A stretch of 35,395 nucleotides of DNA from Vulcanimicrobiales bacterium (GCA_038215615.1 JBBQQR010000022.1:1-35395); one strand, 5' to 3'; numbered from the stretch's first letter, positions 7,858 to 17,667 are shown. A program made the numbers and translations. Notes: generated from the sequence alone by a model not told the origin.

Positions 7858-9135
7858 CTAGTAGAGGTTTGTGTCGCCGGCGGCATGATGCACGCCAAAG
7901 ACCGCCGCATTCAAACGTGCGACCGCGTGCAGTTCGTTCTCGCGAGCTGCGGCATCGTCGGACAATGCGCTCAACGTCTCCAAGGGTATGCCCTTGCCCG
8001 CGCGCTCGCGTAAACGCGCAATGCGCAGAGCCTCCGCGGCGTTAGCTTCCTGCACGTGCGCCGTCTCCAGATTGCGCTTCGCCGCTTCGTACTCACGCCA
8101 CGCATTTACGACATCGCGCTGCGCGTACAACCGTGCTTCATCCAACGCGGCCTGCGCTTTCGCGATCGCCGCTTCCGCTACGTGCACTGCCGCAGGACGG
8201 CCACCGCCGTCTGCCAGCGGCAGGGAAATGGTCACGCCGACTTGGTATCCGCTCGCGCCCAACGCCGGATTGGATCGACCGTTGTATGTCTGCACGGAGC
8301 CCGTTGCGCTAGGCAGGTATTGCGCGCGAGCCGACGCGAGTTGCCCCTGCGCGGATGCGATCTGTGCCTGCGCGGCAAGCACTTCGGGCCGCTGCAGCAA
8401 CGCGTTGCGTTCGTAGGTGGCCGAGTGACCCGCTAACGGAAAAAGTGAAAGCCGGTCCGACAGCGTCAACGCTGAAGTCAGATCGATATCAAGCATCGCT
8501 TTCAGATTTACGAAGGCCTCATCACGATCGGCAGCTGCATCTTCAGCTGCCTGCGCTGCGCTGGCTAAAGCGGCTTGGCTCTGCGCCAGTTGATAACGCG
8601 CTGCCTTTCCGACACGATACCGATCTTGGAGATCGCGTACGTTGCGCCGCTGATACCCCACGGTTACGTCGCGCGCGCTCACGATGGCTTGCGCCAGCAA
8701 CGTCCGCTCGTATTGTTGTGCGGCGGAAAGCGCCGCATCGTTTTGTTGAGCGGCCGCCGTGAATTGCGCTGCATCCGCCGTGCGCGCCGCGGCCCACGCG
8801 CTCGCGGCGGTGGAGGGGACGAAGAGTGGTACGCTGGCGGATGCCAGCAGATACGTCTGCCGGGCAACAGGCATGCCGAGCTGAGCGATGCCGCCACTCA
8901 TCGTGGTTCCGCTCACACCGAGCTGCGGGAACAGCGTCGCGCGTGCCGCGGCAGCTTGCGCCGCAACGGCTTGCGCATCGGCCCGCGCGATACGAGAATC
9001 GAATCCGGCGGTGCGGGCGCGTGTGATCGACTGCGCGAGACTCAACGTGCCGGTCCACTCCAACGGCTGCGCCGCAGCGATCCCGAGCATACAGGCCGCA
9101 AGTGCGGCCGCCATGGCCGGCACGCGTTTACGCAT
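7858..9135 (-). CDS. TolC-family outer membrane efflux protein
   Basis: Signal peptide, LSLAQSI..A, two OEP repeats (A.LFPQL; RPEV..A...LPS). ATG 9135 overlaps the RND stop. Confidence 0.88.
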   Translation of the reverse strand: MRKRVPAMAAALAACMLGIAAAQPLEWTGTLSLAQSITRARTAGFDSRIARADAQAVAAQAAAARATLFPQLGVSGTTMSGGIAQLGMPVARQTYLLASASVPLFVPSTAASAWAAARTADAAQFTAAAQQNDAALSAAQQYERTLLAQAIVSARDVTVGYQRRNVRDLQDRYRVGKAARYQLAQSQAALASAAQAAEDAAADRDEAFVNLKAMLDIDLTSALTLSDRLSLFPLAGHSATYERNALLQRPEVLAAQAQIASAQGQLASARAQYLPSATGSVQTYNGRSNPALGASGYQVGVTISLPLADGGGRPAAVHVAEAAIAKAQAALDEARLYAQRDVVNAWREYEAAKRNLETAHVQEANAAEALRIARLRERAGKGIPLETLSALSDDAAARENELHAVARLNAAVFGVHHAAGDTNLY

Positions 9136-12100
9136 CGACTTGTTCCACTGCGATGACGCGCCGGCGTTGCGCAAAGAACTCGTCGAGTACGTCGTAGAGC
9201 ACCGGAATCACGAACAGCGTGAGCACGGTCGATACCGCCACGCCGCCAATGATTACCGTGGCCAGCGGCGAGTATGCGTCGACACCGGTCTTGGGGAAGA
9301 ACGCCACGGGCGCGAGCACGATGAGCGAAACGATCGTCGTCATCAAGATGGGCGAAAGACGGACCGGGCCGGCCCACAGAATCGCATCCTTGCGCTCGAG
9401 CCCTTCACGGCGTTTTCGCACGATGAGATCGAGCAACAGGATCGCGTTACTCACCGCCATGCCGTTCGCGACGACGATGCCCAAAATCGAAACTGTCGAG
9501 AAGCTCTGGTGCGCGAGCAGCAACCCGGCGAAGATGCCGAACAGTTGCAGTGGAATCGCGAGCAGCATCACGAGCGGTTGCAAGAACGAGCGAAATTGAG
9601 CGACGAGCAGCAGAAAGATAAACAGAATCGCGATTTTTATGGCGTTGAGCAGCCGAGCGAAGCTCTGCATCATCTCCGTCATGTCGCCGCGCATCTCAAT
9701 CGAGTAGCCCTGCGGCAGCGGGATCTGTGCCAGGGCCGCCATCTCCGCGTCGTTGAACAGCGTCATCTCGCCACGCGATCCTTTGCGATAATACCCGAGA
9801 ACCGAAACGCTGCGGCGCAGGCCGTCGCGCTCGATCAGCGTCGGAGCGTCGGTCTGACGAATCGTCGCGATGGCGGAAAGCGGAACGATCTGTCCATCTG
9901 CGCCCACGATTTGCACGTAGCGCAGATCCATCGGCGTGCTCCGTTCGGCGCTCGCGTAGCGAATCAGGATCGTCGTATGCCGTACATTCTCGGGATTGTA
10001 GAATCCGGTCGTGTTACCACCGTGCATCGCGTAGTACGCCTGCTCGTCGACCTGCTCCGGAGAGAGTCCGATTTGCGACGCCATTGTGCGATCGACGTTA
10101 ATGACCTCTTGCGGCTGCTGCATCGCCGATGATGTCGACACTTGTACGAGACCCGGCGCTCGTGAGGCCAGCGCCGCCGCTTTATCCGCGATGTCATGCA
10201 AGCTTCGGAGATTGGGACCCGTAATGAGCAGATCGACCGGCGCATCATTGCTGGCCATCACGTCGGAACCCATCTCCTTGAGCGCCAACCGCCGAATTCC
10301 CGGAACGGTCTGGATCATTTGGCCGTACACCGCGTCCATAATCTGCCAGATCGAACGCCGCCGCTGCTCTTTCGGCATAAACGTGATGAGGTATGATGCG
10401 TCATTGACGCCGTTCATCGCCTGTCCGGTGATGTAGCCGTTTGCGGTTTGCTCGCCGACCTCGGCCGAAACACGTTGCACTTCCGGCTGCGCGAGCAGAA
10501 GGCGTTCAAATGCCGATGCCTTAGCGGATGTCGCTGCGAACGACGTGCCGGGCGTCGTCTCGAGAAACGCATACGCTTGTCCCGTATCGGCTAGCGGCAT
10601 CATTTCGCTGCCGATGAACGGAAAGAGCTGCAGGCCGATGTACGTCATAAGCGCCGCGCCGCCGAGGACGATCGCGCGGTTGCGCAATGCCCAGTCCAAC
10701 CCTTGGCGATAGCCGTTCTCCAAGCGAACGCGCTGCATGCGCAGCGGAGCGAGCACACGGAACACGGCGGCGTCCAAGCGCGTGCGCCACGGCGGGCGCA
10801 CCGCATCGCGGCCGTGAAACAGATACGTGGCCAGCAGCGGCGTCAACGTTAGCGACACCGCCAGCGAAGCGAGCAGCGCGAAGATAATCGGCCACACCAA
10901 ACCGACGAACATGATCTGCGTGATGCCGCCGCTGGTCAGCAGCGGAACGACGGCCAGGATCATCACGCCGGTCGCGGCTGCGATCGGCAGAACTACTTCC
11001 ATCGTTCCGTCAACGGCCGCCCGTACCGGCGTCTTGCCCATCGCGAGATGGCGGTGAACGGAGTGGATCACGACAATCGAATCGTCCACGAGACGCCCGA
11101 TTGCCAGCAATAAACCGACGAGCGTGCTCGAGTTGATCGAGAGCTGCAGCGGTGCGAATGCCAGGACGGCGAGGGCCAAACACGTCGGGATGGCTGTCAA
11201 CACGATCGCCGTTGCGCTTACATCTTCCAAAAAAATCAACAATACGAGACCAGCGAGGAGCACGCCGATCAGCAGCTCCTCGAACATATTTCTCTTGAGA
11301 TCGCTGACGAAGCGGCTGTTGTCGTAGGCAGGCGTGAACTGCAGGCCCGGGAGTCGCTGCGCGACCTGCTGCAATCGCTGCATAACAGCGGCGATTACTT
11401 GCGGCGAACTTGCATCCGGATTCTGGATAATCGATAGTTCGACGGCGTCGTTTCCGTTGAAGCGATAAACCTGCCGCTGCTCCGCAGGACCATCCGTCGC
11501 TGTCGCCACGTCATGAACGTAGATCGTTCGACCACCAAGAGTTTTGATCGGATAATCCACGACGTCCGCGGGACTCTGCACGCGTTGTCCCCCGCGTATT
11601 TCGTATTCGCTCGTGGCGTTCGTAACAACACCACCCGAACGACTGACGTTTTGCCGGTCGATTGCGTCGCGAATGTCCGTCAGCGAAAGCCCGTAGGAGG
11701 CCGCTGCGGCGCGATCGGCCACGACTTGCAGTTGCCGTTGCCGCCCGCCGAAAACGATCGCCTGTTGTACGCCCGGTACGGTCTTGAGTGCATCGACAAC
11801 GTCGTTGGCGATGAATTGGCGAAGTTGCACAGGATCCCAGCCGCTGCCCGTGACGGCGAGTTGCAGGACCGGTGTATTGAGCGGATCCACCGGCACGACG
11901 TAGGACGGTTTGAGGTTGGCGCGATCGTACGGCAGATCGGCCTGCGCTTGCTGCACGAGCTGCTGTGTGTCGACGAGCGCGCGCTGTATGTCGTACCCGT
12001 ACGGAAACTGCAGCGTGACGATCGAGAGGCCTTGCTGAGAAATCGAACGCACGAAGCGCACGCCTTTGAGATCGGTCACGCGCTCTTCAATCGGTTTGGA

Positions 12101-12301
12101 GAAATACGTCTCCACCTCTTGCGGCGCATACCCCGGCGTCATGGTCACGACGGCGATTAGCGGACTTTGCACGTACGGCATCATGCGCGTCGGCAAGACA
12201 TAGAGGGCCGATGCGATCGCCGCGATGACCAACGCAAAATAAAACGTAAAGACTGCAAATGGATTGCGGATTGCCCACGCGGCGATGCTACGATCGTTCA
12301 C
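9128..12301 (-). CDS. RND efflux transporter permease (AcrB/CusA/CzcA superfamily)
   Basis: 1057 aa; PQEVE..FSKPIEE, LVDDSIVV, SLTLTP, NAILL, RLSPILMT, ST.LTLFVIP. Confidence 0.95.
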   Translation of the reverse strand: MNDRSIAAWAIRNPFAVFTFYFALVIAAIASALYVLPTRMMPYVQSPLIAVVTMTPGYAPQEVETYFSKPIEERVTDLKGVRFVRSISQQGLSIVTLQFPYGYDIQRALVDTQQLVQQAQADLPYDRANLKPSYVVPVDPLNTPVLQLAVTGSGWDPVQLRQFIANDVVDALKTVPGVQQAIVFGGRQRQLQVVADRAAAASYGLSLTDIRDAIDRQNVSRSGGVVTNATSEYEIRGGQRVQSPADVVDYPIKTLGGRTIYVHDVATATDGPAEQRQVYRFNGNDAVELSIIQNPDASSPQVIAAVMQRLQQVAQRLPGLQFTPAYDNSRFVSDLKRNMFEELLIGVLLAGLVLLIFLEDVSATAIVLTAIPTCLALAVLAFAPLQLSINSSTLVGLLLAIGRLVDDSIVVIHSVHRHLAMGKTPVRAAVDGTMEVVLPIAAATGVMILAVVPLLTSGGITQIMFVGLVWPIIFALLASLAVSLTLTPLLATYLFHGRDAVRPPWRTRLDAAVFRVLAPLRMQRVRLENGYRQGLDWALRNRAIVLGGAALMTYIGLQLFPFIGSEMMPLADTGQAYAFLETTPGTSFAATSAKASAFERLLLAQPEVQRVSAEVGEQTANGYITGQAMNGVNDASYLITFMPKEQRRRSIWQIMDAVYGQMIQTVPGIRRLALKEMGSDVMASNDAPVDLLITGPNLRSLHDIADKAAALASRAPGLVQVSTSSAMQQPQEVINVDRTMASQIGLSPEQVDEQAYYAMHGGNTTGFYNPENVRHTTILIRYASAERSTPMDLRYVQIVGADGQIVPLSAIATIRQTDAPTLIERDGLRRSVSVLGYYRKGSRGEMTLFNDAEMAALAQIPLPQGYSIEMRGDMTEMMQSFARLLNAIKIAILFIFLLLVAQFRSFLQPLVMLLAIPLQLFGIFAGLLLAHQSFSTVSILGIVVANGMAVSNAILLLDLIVRKRREGLERKDAILWAGPVRLSPILMTTIVSLIVLAPVAFFPKTGVDAYSPLATVIIGGVAVSTVLTLFVIPVLYDVLDEFFAQRRRVIAVEQVDA

Positions 12302-14079
12302 GGTGAAGCCTGCGTGACTGCCTGCCCCTCGATCAGCAAAGCGGCGCCGTCCGTGACTATCAACGCGCCGCGCGGAATCGCACCTGACACGATGGCCGTC
12401 GTTCCGTCGTTGGACAACACGCGCACCGCAACGGAATGCGCCGTTCCGTCACGATCGATCCAAATTCGTGGGTTCATCGTTCCGCCGAGCACGGCGGCGG
12501 CCGGCACCGGGATGCCGCCCCGTTGCACGCGCGGGCCAACATAAATCCTAACGTTGACGAATCCGCCGGGCTGCACGGCCCGACCGGTATTTCGCACGAT
12601 CGCTTCGACGAGGGCCGTGTGCGTTTGCGGATCGGCAACCGGCGAGAGGGAGCTGACGCGGCCGTGCACGACCGAACCGTCCGCCATGGTCGCATCGAGC
12701 GGGTCTCCGACCTGCACGCGCGGTAGGTCCGTTTGCGAGACGTTCGCTTGAACGCGCAGCTCGTCGAGCACCGCAATGCGCGCGATCACCGTACCGGCTT
12801 GAACATAGCTTCCTGGATCCACCAGTCGCTTAACCACGACGCCGTCATCCGGCGCCGTGATCGATCGGTACGACGCAATCGTTGCCTGCGTCTGTGCCTC
12901 GCTTGCCGCTTGGCTATACTGGGCTCGCGCCTGGTCGACCGACGCGGCTGCATCCGACGCTTTGATGACGGCGTTGCGTAGCGCAGCTTGCGCCGACGCG
13001 TCCTGCGCGACTTCATCCTGATATTCTTGCTGCGAGACGGCGCCTTCGCGTAGGAGCATCCGTTCGCGAGTGATCTCCTGCGACCAGTATTGCGCCGCGC
13101 GTTGCTTTGCCGCAATGTCATTCTGCGCCATGCGCACGTCGTTGGGGGCATGGTGCGCCGCTTCGATCTCTGCGGCCGCTGCGGCCGCCCGCGCAGCATC
13201 GGCGGTGCTGCCGAGTTCGGATGCCTGGAGAAAGGCGATCTGCTCGCCGGCTCGCACGCGATCGCCCGTGTACACCGTAAAGTCTTGCAGAATGCCGCTG
13301 ACTCGCGCCGCCACATCCTGCATCAGGTACGGCGAAACCGTGCCCGGCGCGAGAACGGTCTGCGTCGACTCTTTCTGCGTTCCGACACGGATGGTGCGAA
13401 CCGCCACCGGCGCACTGCCCGCAACGTTTGCCATCGTGGTCATGTCCATCGTCGGCGCCGTGTAGCGTGATTGCGCGATCGCAAGCACCACGATCGCGAC
13501 GACTGCCACCGCGCCGAGCGCGAGCACAACCGGACGGCGATCGCGCTGCAAAACGAAATATCCGACGATGACCAAGATCAAGAGCGCGAAGAACGCCGTT
13601 TCCCACGGCAACGGGTTGCCGGCGCTCATGCCGGCAATTGGCGCATTTTGCGTTTTTGAAGTAATTGCGGTTGTCGTCGAAGCACTTGTACCGACGTCGT
13701 AGCGAAACGTCGCCGAACCGTCTAACGCACCCGTAAATGCAATCTGGACCGCCCATTGCGACGCCATGCCTAGAGTCGCACTGAACCGCCACGCGGTTGC
13801 GGAAGTGCGTGTCGCAAAGCCTTGCGGGCCCGTCATGTTCATCGAGGGCATTACGGTTGCAAAACGCACCGTCGCATGATCGAGCACGGACAGAGGCTCC
13901 CCGCTGACACGAACGGTGAAATCATTCGATCCGACACGCGGTGGGTCGGGCGAAACGCCGAGCGTTACTTGCGCAGATCTTCCGACACTCTGCGACAGGG
14001 GCGCCGCCGACGCAATGGCCGACGGAAGTGCCAAGGCGCTTGGCAGTATCGCGCATAAAAAAAACAGTCGCCGGATCAT
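12298..14079 (-). CDS. RND periplasmic adaptor fused to an N-terminal YtkA/FixH-like domain
   Basis: ATG 14079 overlaps the M56 stop. Signal peptide, PDPPRVG..MPSMNM domain, two TM helices, then MFP motifs (VSG..V..GDRVRAGE; ITAPDDGVV; DPQTHT; PGGFV). Confidence 0.9.
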   Translation of the reverse strand: MIRRLFFLCAILPSALALPSAIASAAPLSQSVGRSAQVTLGVSPDPPRVGSNDFTVRVSGEPLSVLDHATVRFATVMPSMNMTGPQGFATRTSATAWRFSATLGMASQWAVQIAFTGALDGSATFRYDVGTSASTTTAITSKTQNAPIAGMSAGNPLPWETAFFALLILVIVGYFVLQRDRRPVVLALGAVAVVAIVVLAIAQSRYTAPTMDMTTMANVAGSAPVAVRTIRVGTQKESTQTVLAPGTVSPYLMQDVAARVSGILQDFTVYTGDRVRAGEQIAFLQASELGSTADAARAAAAAAEIEAAHHAPNDVRMAQNDIAAKQRAAQYWSQEITRERMLLREGAVSQQEYQDEVAQDASAQAALRNAVIKASDAAASVDQARAQYSQAASEAQTQATIASYRSITAPDDGVVVKRLVDPGSYVQAGTVIARIAVLDELRVQANVSQTDLPRVQVGDPLDATMADGSVVHGRVSSLSPVADPQTHTALVEAIVRNTGRAVQPGGFVNVRIYVGPRVQRGGIPVPAAAVLGGTMNPRIWIDRDGTAHSVAVRVLSNDGTTAIVSGAIPRGALIVTDGAALLIEGQAVTQASP

Positions 14080-15041
14080 GAGAGGGAACCCATCTGCGAA
14101 CAATGCACGGCGAATGCGGCGAGCTGCGGTACTGCAACACTGGCCACCATTGTAAGCGCGAGCGCCGACGCAACCGCAAAGCGCATCGTGCTGCTCACCG
14201 GTTTGGGCGCAGAAGGCCGAAGCAACGCATCCAGGCGGCCGCGTACCATCTCAATATCGGCAAATAGCGAAGCGTGCGCCGGCGCGAGAATCGGACGCGC
14301 GACGCGCAACAGTGCGCCGGCGAGTTCGGTGCGCTCGACGTACGACAGTGCGTATTCGTCGGCGCAAAATTCGCGCGATCGCCGATAAAGCCGCACCAAA
14401 TTGTCGACAGAAAGCGGCAGCAGATCAGCAAAAAAGTGCACGGCCGGCGCGATCCGATGATCGTGCTGCAGATAATGCGCGCGCTCGTGATGGAGCGCCG
14501 CGCGCAGTTCCTCGTCGCTCAAGCGTTCGAGTGCGTTCGTCGACACATATACTGCGGGACGGCGCGTGCCGGCAAACATGACGACCGGCCGTTCCGAATC
14601 GGGCAATTCATAGACCGCAACGCCGATTTCGGCCCCAAAGCGCGCGAGCCGGTGCGACGGCGAATACGCTTGAGCGACCAGCGCATTCATTTCACGCTCG
14701 CGGCGTAGGGCAAGCAAAAGCGACCGAAGGATTGTCCCAACCATCAGCGCAGAGAGTCCACCGAACAGGACCCGGCCTGGGATCGTTTGTAGGCACGGCG
14801 ATGATGCACTGCTGGACAGTCCGTACGCAACCAATGTAATGAAGATGAAGCCCGGTGTGATCGCAGCAGCGGCCGCAAGGGCCGATTGCCATCGCCGATC
14901 GTTCTCCATGCTCACAATCTCGGGAGTGAGGCGACGCACAATGAACCATGCTATAACCGGAATAGTGAGCGCCGCGCAAAGCGATGTAAAAACTGCGCCC
15001 GACGCGATGCAGGACTGAAGCGTCTGCAGCAACGCGTTCAT
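14076..15041 (-). CDS. M56 (BlaR1-type) membrane zinc metallopeptidase without penicillin-binding domain
   Basis: HHERAH (HExxH), REFCADEYA, LA.ALLR; N-terminal TM helices; coupled to blaI by ATGA. Confidence 0.88.
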   Translation of the reverse strand: MNALLQTLQSCIASGAVFTSLCAALTIPVIAWFIVRRLTPEIVSMENDRRWQSALAAAAAITPGFIFITLVAYGLSSSASSPCLQTIPGRVLFGGLSALMVGTILRSLLLALRREREMNALVAQAYSPSHRLARFGAEIGVAVYELPDSERPVVMFAGTRRPAVYVSTNALERLSDEELRAALHHERAHYLQHDHRIAPAVHFFADLLPLSVDNLVRLYRRSREFCADEYALSYVERTELAGALLRVARPILAPAHASLFADIEMVRGRLDALLRPSAPKPVSSTMRFAVASALALTMVASVAVPQLAAFAVHCSQMGSLS

Positions 15042-15454
15042 CGCCGACGGCCCTGCCGCTGCTCTTGCAGCAACCGTTCGAACTCTTCGAGTGAAGCATC
15101 ATCATGCGCAAGTTGCTGCGCCATGTGCGCGAGCAGCGGATTGCGATAATTGCGCATCAGCCCGGTGAGTACGCCACCAACTACGCGACGCTCGAATTCA
15201 TCCCGGCTCACCGTCGCTGAAAACGCGTTCGCTTTGCCGAGTGGCTGTTTTTTGGCGTAACCCTTCGAAACCAGGGTATTGAGTGTGGTCTTCGCTGAGG
15301 AATAATGGACGGGATGTCCCCCCCGCTCGAGCCGCTCGACCACCTGGCCGACCGTCGCAGAAGCATCGATATCCCAAAGCGCGTTCAGGACAACGCTTTC
15401 AAGGGGACCGAGCACCGAGGCACTACCGGGCGTTTCAGGGCGGAAGACATGCAT
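15038..15454 (-). CDS. BlaI/MecI/CopY-family repressor
   Basis: LGPLE..VLNALW, TVGQV, YSS.KTTLNTL..KG, SRDEF; contains no Cys. Confidence 0.9.
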   Translation of the reverse strand: MHVFRPETPGSASVLGPLESVVLNALWDIDASATVGQVVERLERGGHPVHYSSAKTTLNTLVSKGYAKKQPLGKANAFSATVSRDEFERRVVGGVLTGLMRNYRNPLLAHMAQQLAHDDASLEEFERLLQEQRQGRRR

Positions 15455-15539
15455 GTGCCAACCACCTTAGCACTCCGCTCCTCGACGTCCTTCAGAGCCC
15501 TATGGTAATCATAACCACCACGCCGAGCGAGTGTCCAAA

Positions 15540-16103
15540 TTACGGTACGTTTCCAAAAAAGTGTGGAATCGCATGACTGGCAATTAGCCACGCCCCAAGT
15601 AATATGAAGGCGACGCCCGCGAGAAGACCGGCGCGTCGAGATGCTTTTGCGCCAAGTTTCGCACCGAAAGAAATACCAGCATAACCGAAGATGAACGCTT
15701 GCGCCGCGATCGCGAGGAGCACCCAGGGAATCGGAAGACCTTCCGTTGCCAAAGGAAAACCGATAGCAACCTCATCGATGGATACCGCAAGTCCTGCCAG
15801 CATCATTGCGCGCAGTGTTGTGAACATGAGGCGTTCCGCCTCTTCGACCGTTTCGGCGGCTTCCTTGAACGCATGGAGCCCTAGCCCGATAAGGATTACT
15901 CCGCCGGCATATTCGGCGACGTTTTGAAAAGTATGTGAGATCAGGGATCCAAATAACACGCCAATGAGCGGCATTGTGCCTTCGGCGACCGCAAAAACAA
16001 TGGCCGGTCTAACGGGTTTGATACCACGCAACCCAACCGCAATGGCGATGGCGAGGGTATCGAGGCCTAACGGCAGCACAAAGGCCGCTATCTTTAAGAG
16101 CAC
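15540..16103 (-). CDS. mntP: MntP-family manganese efflux pump
   Basis: LGLDTLAIAIAVG, AEGTMPLIG, AVSIDEVAIG; six TM segments. Confidence 0.85.
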   Translation of the reverse strand: MLLKIAAFVLPLGLDTLAIAIAVGLRGIKPVRPAIVFAVAEGTMPLIGVLFGSLISHTFQNVAEYAGGVILIGLGLHAFKEAAETVEEAERLMFTTLRAMMLAGLAVSIDEVAIGFPLATEGLPIPWVLLAIAAQAFIFGYAGISFGAKLGAKASRRAGLLAGVAFILLGAWLIASHAIPHFFGNVP

Positions 16104-16141
16104 TCCAAGACTATATCCTATGGACCCCGGCTACCCAGCCG

Positions 16142-16561
16142 TCAGGCAACACTCGGTAAGAAAGTCCCATTCTTGGACGATTGGTTACTCGGAAGTGGTT
16201 GCAATTTGGTTGTAGTCAACCACAAACGATAAGGGCTCCCAGTAACCTTTGACGACCTCGTGTTCTGATTTCGTCTGCGTCGGCAACCGCTGGCAACTTT
16301 CGGTGACCTTTGATCGCGGCATTTATAGACCGCCTTCGTGAGATGAGCATAATGTTCGAATGGGGCCTCTGGCGGCACGACTGCCTTTAGCGTGGCCTGT
16401 TGCACTGTGTAGCTGGCGGTTTCGGCATTACCGGCCATCGGTATCACAGCCCGCAGCGCGGAGTCAGGCGTCTCAGCCTCCACCGTGTACGAAAGTTGCA
16501 AATCGACGATGAATCGGCTTGCGGGTTTTTCCAAATGTGAGCGGAGAGATCTGTTATTCAT
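16142..16561 (-). CDS. Hypothetical protein, probably chimeric or truncated
   Basis: The first ~80 aa look protein-like, the tail does not. The ATG overlaps the VOC pseudogene stop. Confidence 0.3.
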   Translation of the reverse strand: MNNRSLRSHLEKPASRFIVDLQLSYTVEAETPDSALRAVIPMAGNAETASYTVQQATLKAVVPPEAPFEHYAHLTKAVYKCRDQRSPKVASGCRRRRNQNTRSSKVTGSPYRLWLTTTKLQPLPSNQSSKNGTFLPSVA

Positions 16562-16944
16562 GGCATACTACTTCAAGGCGATAGCCATCAGGATCGTTCA
16601 CGAATGCACAAAGTACTTCTCTCCATATTCCGGATGCAACGCCGGCGCGGCGTCCTCGATTGCTCCGCTAGCCATTGCCGCGGCGTAGGACGCGATCACG
16701 ACCTCCCGGGTCGTTGCAAAGAAAGCGATATGTGATCGTTGGCTGGTGCCTACGGTTTTGGATGATTCAAGTTTGATCGCAAAAGCTTCATCGGTCTCCC
16801 CCGGCGCGCCGTATCCCGCCGCATGATCATCGCTCCAAACGCGAACGCGTTCGATCGGCGCAAGAATAGCATCGTAGAACGCAATAGATCGCGCAAGATT
16901 TGAAACGCCAATTGAGAGGTGGTCGAGGACCTTGTTTCATGCAT
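16554..16944 (-). pseudogene. VOC/glyoxalase-family pseudogene with two frameshifts
   Basis: Manual translation: VLDHLSIGVSNLARSIAFYDAIL...HIAF...HPEYGEKYF /shift/ AFVNDPDGYRLEVVCHE*. The GGAGG-ATG start is out of frame with the body. Confidence 0.85.
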
Positions 16945-16999
16945 CGCCTCCAATGCACCGGGAGTACTCGACCAGCAATCGAACACCCGTTCGCTGTGT

Positions 17000-17160
17000 A
17001 CACCTCGGCCAGCTTTCGCCGCAGAGGCGCTCTCGTACGCGTGCAGATAAACCTCCTCGTATTTCAGTGAGCGCCAGAAACGCTCGATGAAAACATTATC
17101 GCGCCAGCAACCCTTGCTCGTGAAGCTCATTCGCGAGGAGCACGGCATCGCGCTCAGCAT
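17000..17160 (-). mobile_element. IS3-family transposase fragment
   Basis: KGCWRDNVFIERFWRSLKYEEVYLHAYES matches the catalytic-Glu region of IS3 OrfB; the rest is absent. Confidence 0.8.
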
Positions 17161-17503
17161 GGGCCGAGGTCAGGGTTCAAGAGATGCAAGAGTAGAGGAG
17201 GAAATGCGTCTTAATTGGCCCCCCGAAAGGCTGATTGATCTAGTGCTCAATAAGGGCCGCAGTTCGCAAAAACACGCACGAAAAGTCGAAAAAAGTGAAC
17301 GCTCGTGGAACCAAGTTCGCGCGACCTGCAGTATCCCAGGTTCGACTTGAACTATGGTTCGCTAAGGCAGCTCATGCAGTGACCCATTCGCGCGCGTGGG
17401 GAAGCCGCTCCGGCGACATTTGCGCAATTGGGTAAGTCGATTTTCCCCGAAAAAGGGAACCCATCCGAGGGCGGCTCCCTACTCATCGCCTCTACGCAAA
17501 ATT

Positions 17504-17526
17504 TGTGGCACCGTTGTGGCACCGAC
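17504..17526 (+). repeat. Putative integrase arm-binding sites (right)
   Basis: TGTGGCACCG-T-TGTGGCACCGAC, ~117 bp inside the right att core. Confidence 0.7.
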
Positions 17527-17642
17527 TCCGTGCTACGGGGCATTCTTAAATGACACAGAGCATCACGGTGACGTGTGCGAAACCCTCACGGGAGAGTACT
17601 TTGCGATACTCGACGCTACTCGTCGGCATCAACGTTTTCAGA

Positions 17643-17666
17643 TTCGATTCCCGTTGGCGCTACCAC
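17643..17666 (+). repeat. att core, tRNA-distal copy (tRNA-Glu 3' fragment)
   Basis: Exact 24-bp copy of 1108-1131. Confidence 0.92.
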
Positions 17667-17667
17667 C

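Larger units (their letters stand above)
1108..17666. mobile_element. Integrated element (~16.5 kb) in tRNA-Glu; satellite/IME-like, with metal-efflux cargo
   Basis: Identical 24-bp direct repeats at both ends. Integrase, excisionase and Prim-Pol replication gene are present; no recognisable virion or conjugation genes. Confidence 0.9.

Noticed and set aside
8888..10132. Long antisense or alternate-frame ORFs (also 26412-27482, 28768-29880, 31357-32526, 19368-20177)
   Set aside because: Shadows of well-supported genes in GC-rich DNA, with no motifs of their own.
16104..16300. yybP-ykoY Mn riboswitch expected upstream of mntP
   Set aside because: No recognisable motif by eye, and a -10 box sits 6 nt from the start. 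An Rfam scan would settle it.
17204..17350. 48-codon ORF with a strong GAGGAGG RBS near the right end
   Set aside because: No recognisable protein features; likely a decayed fragment.
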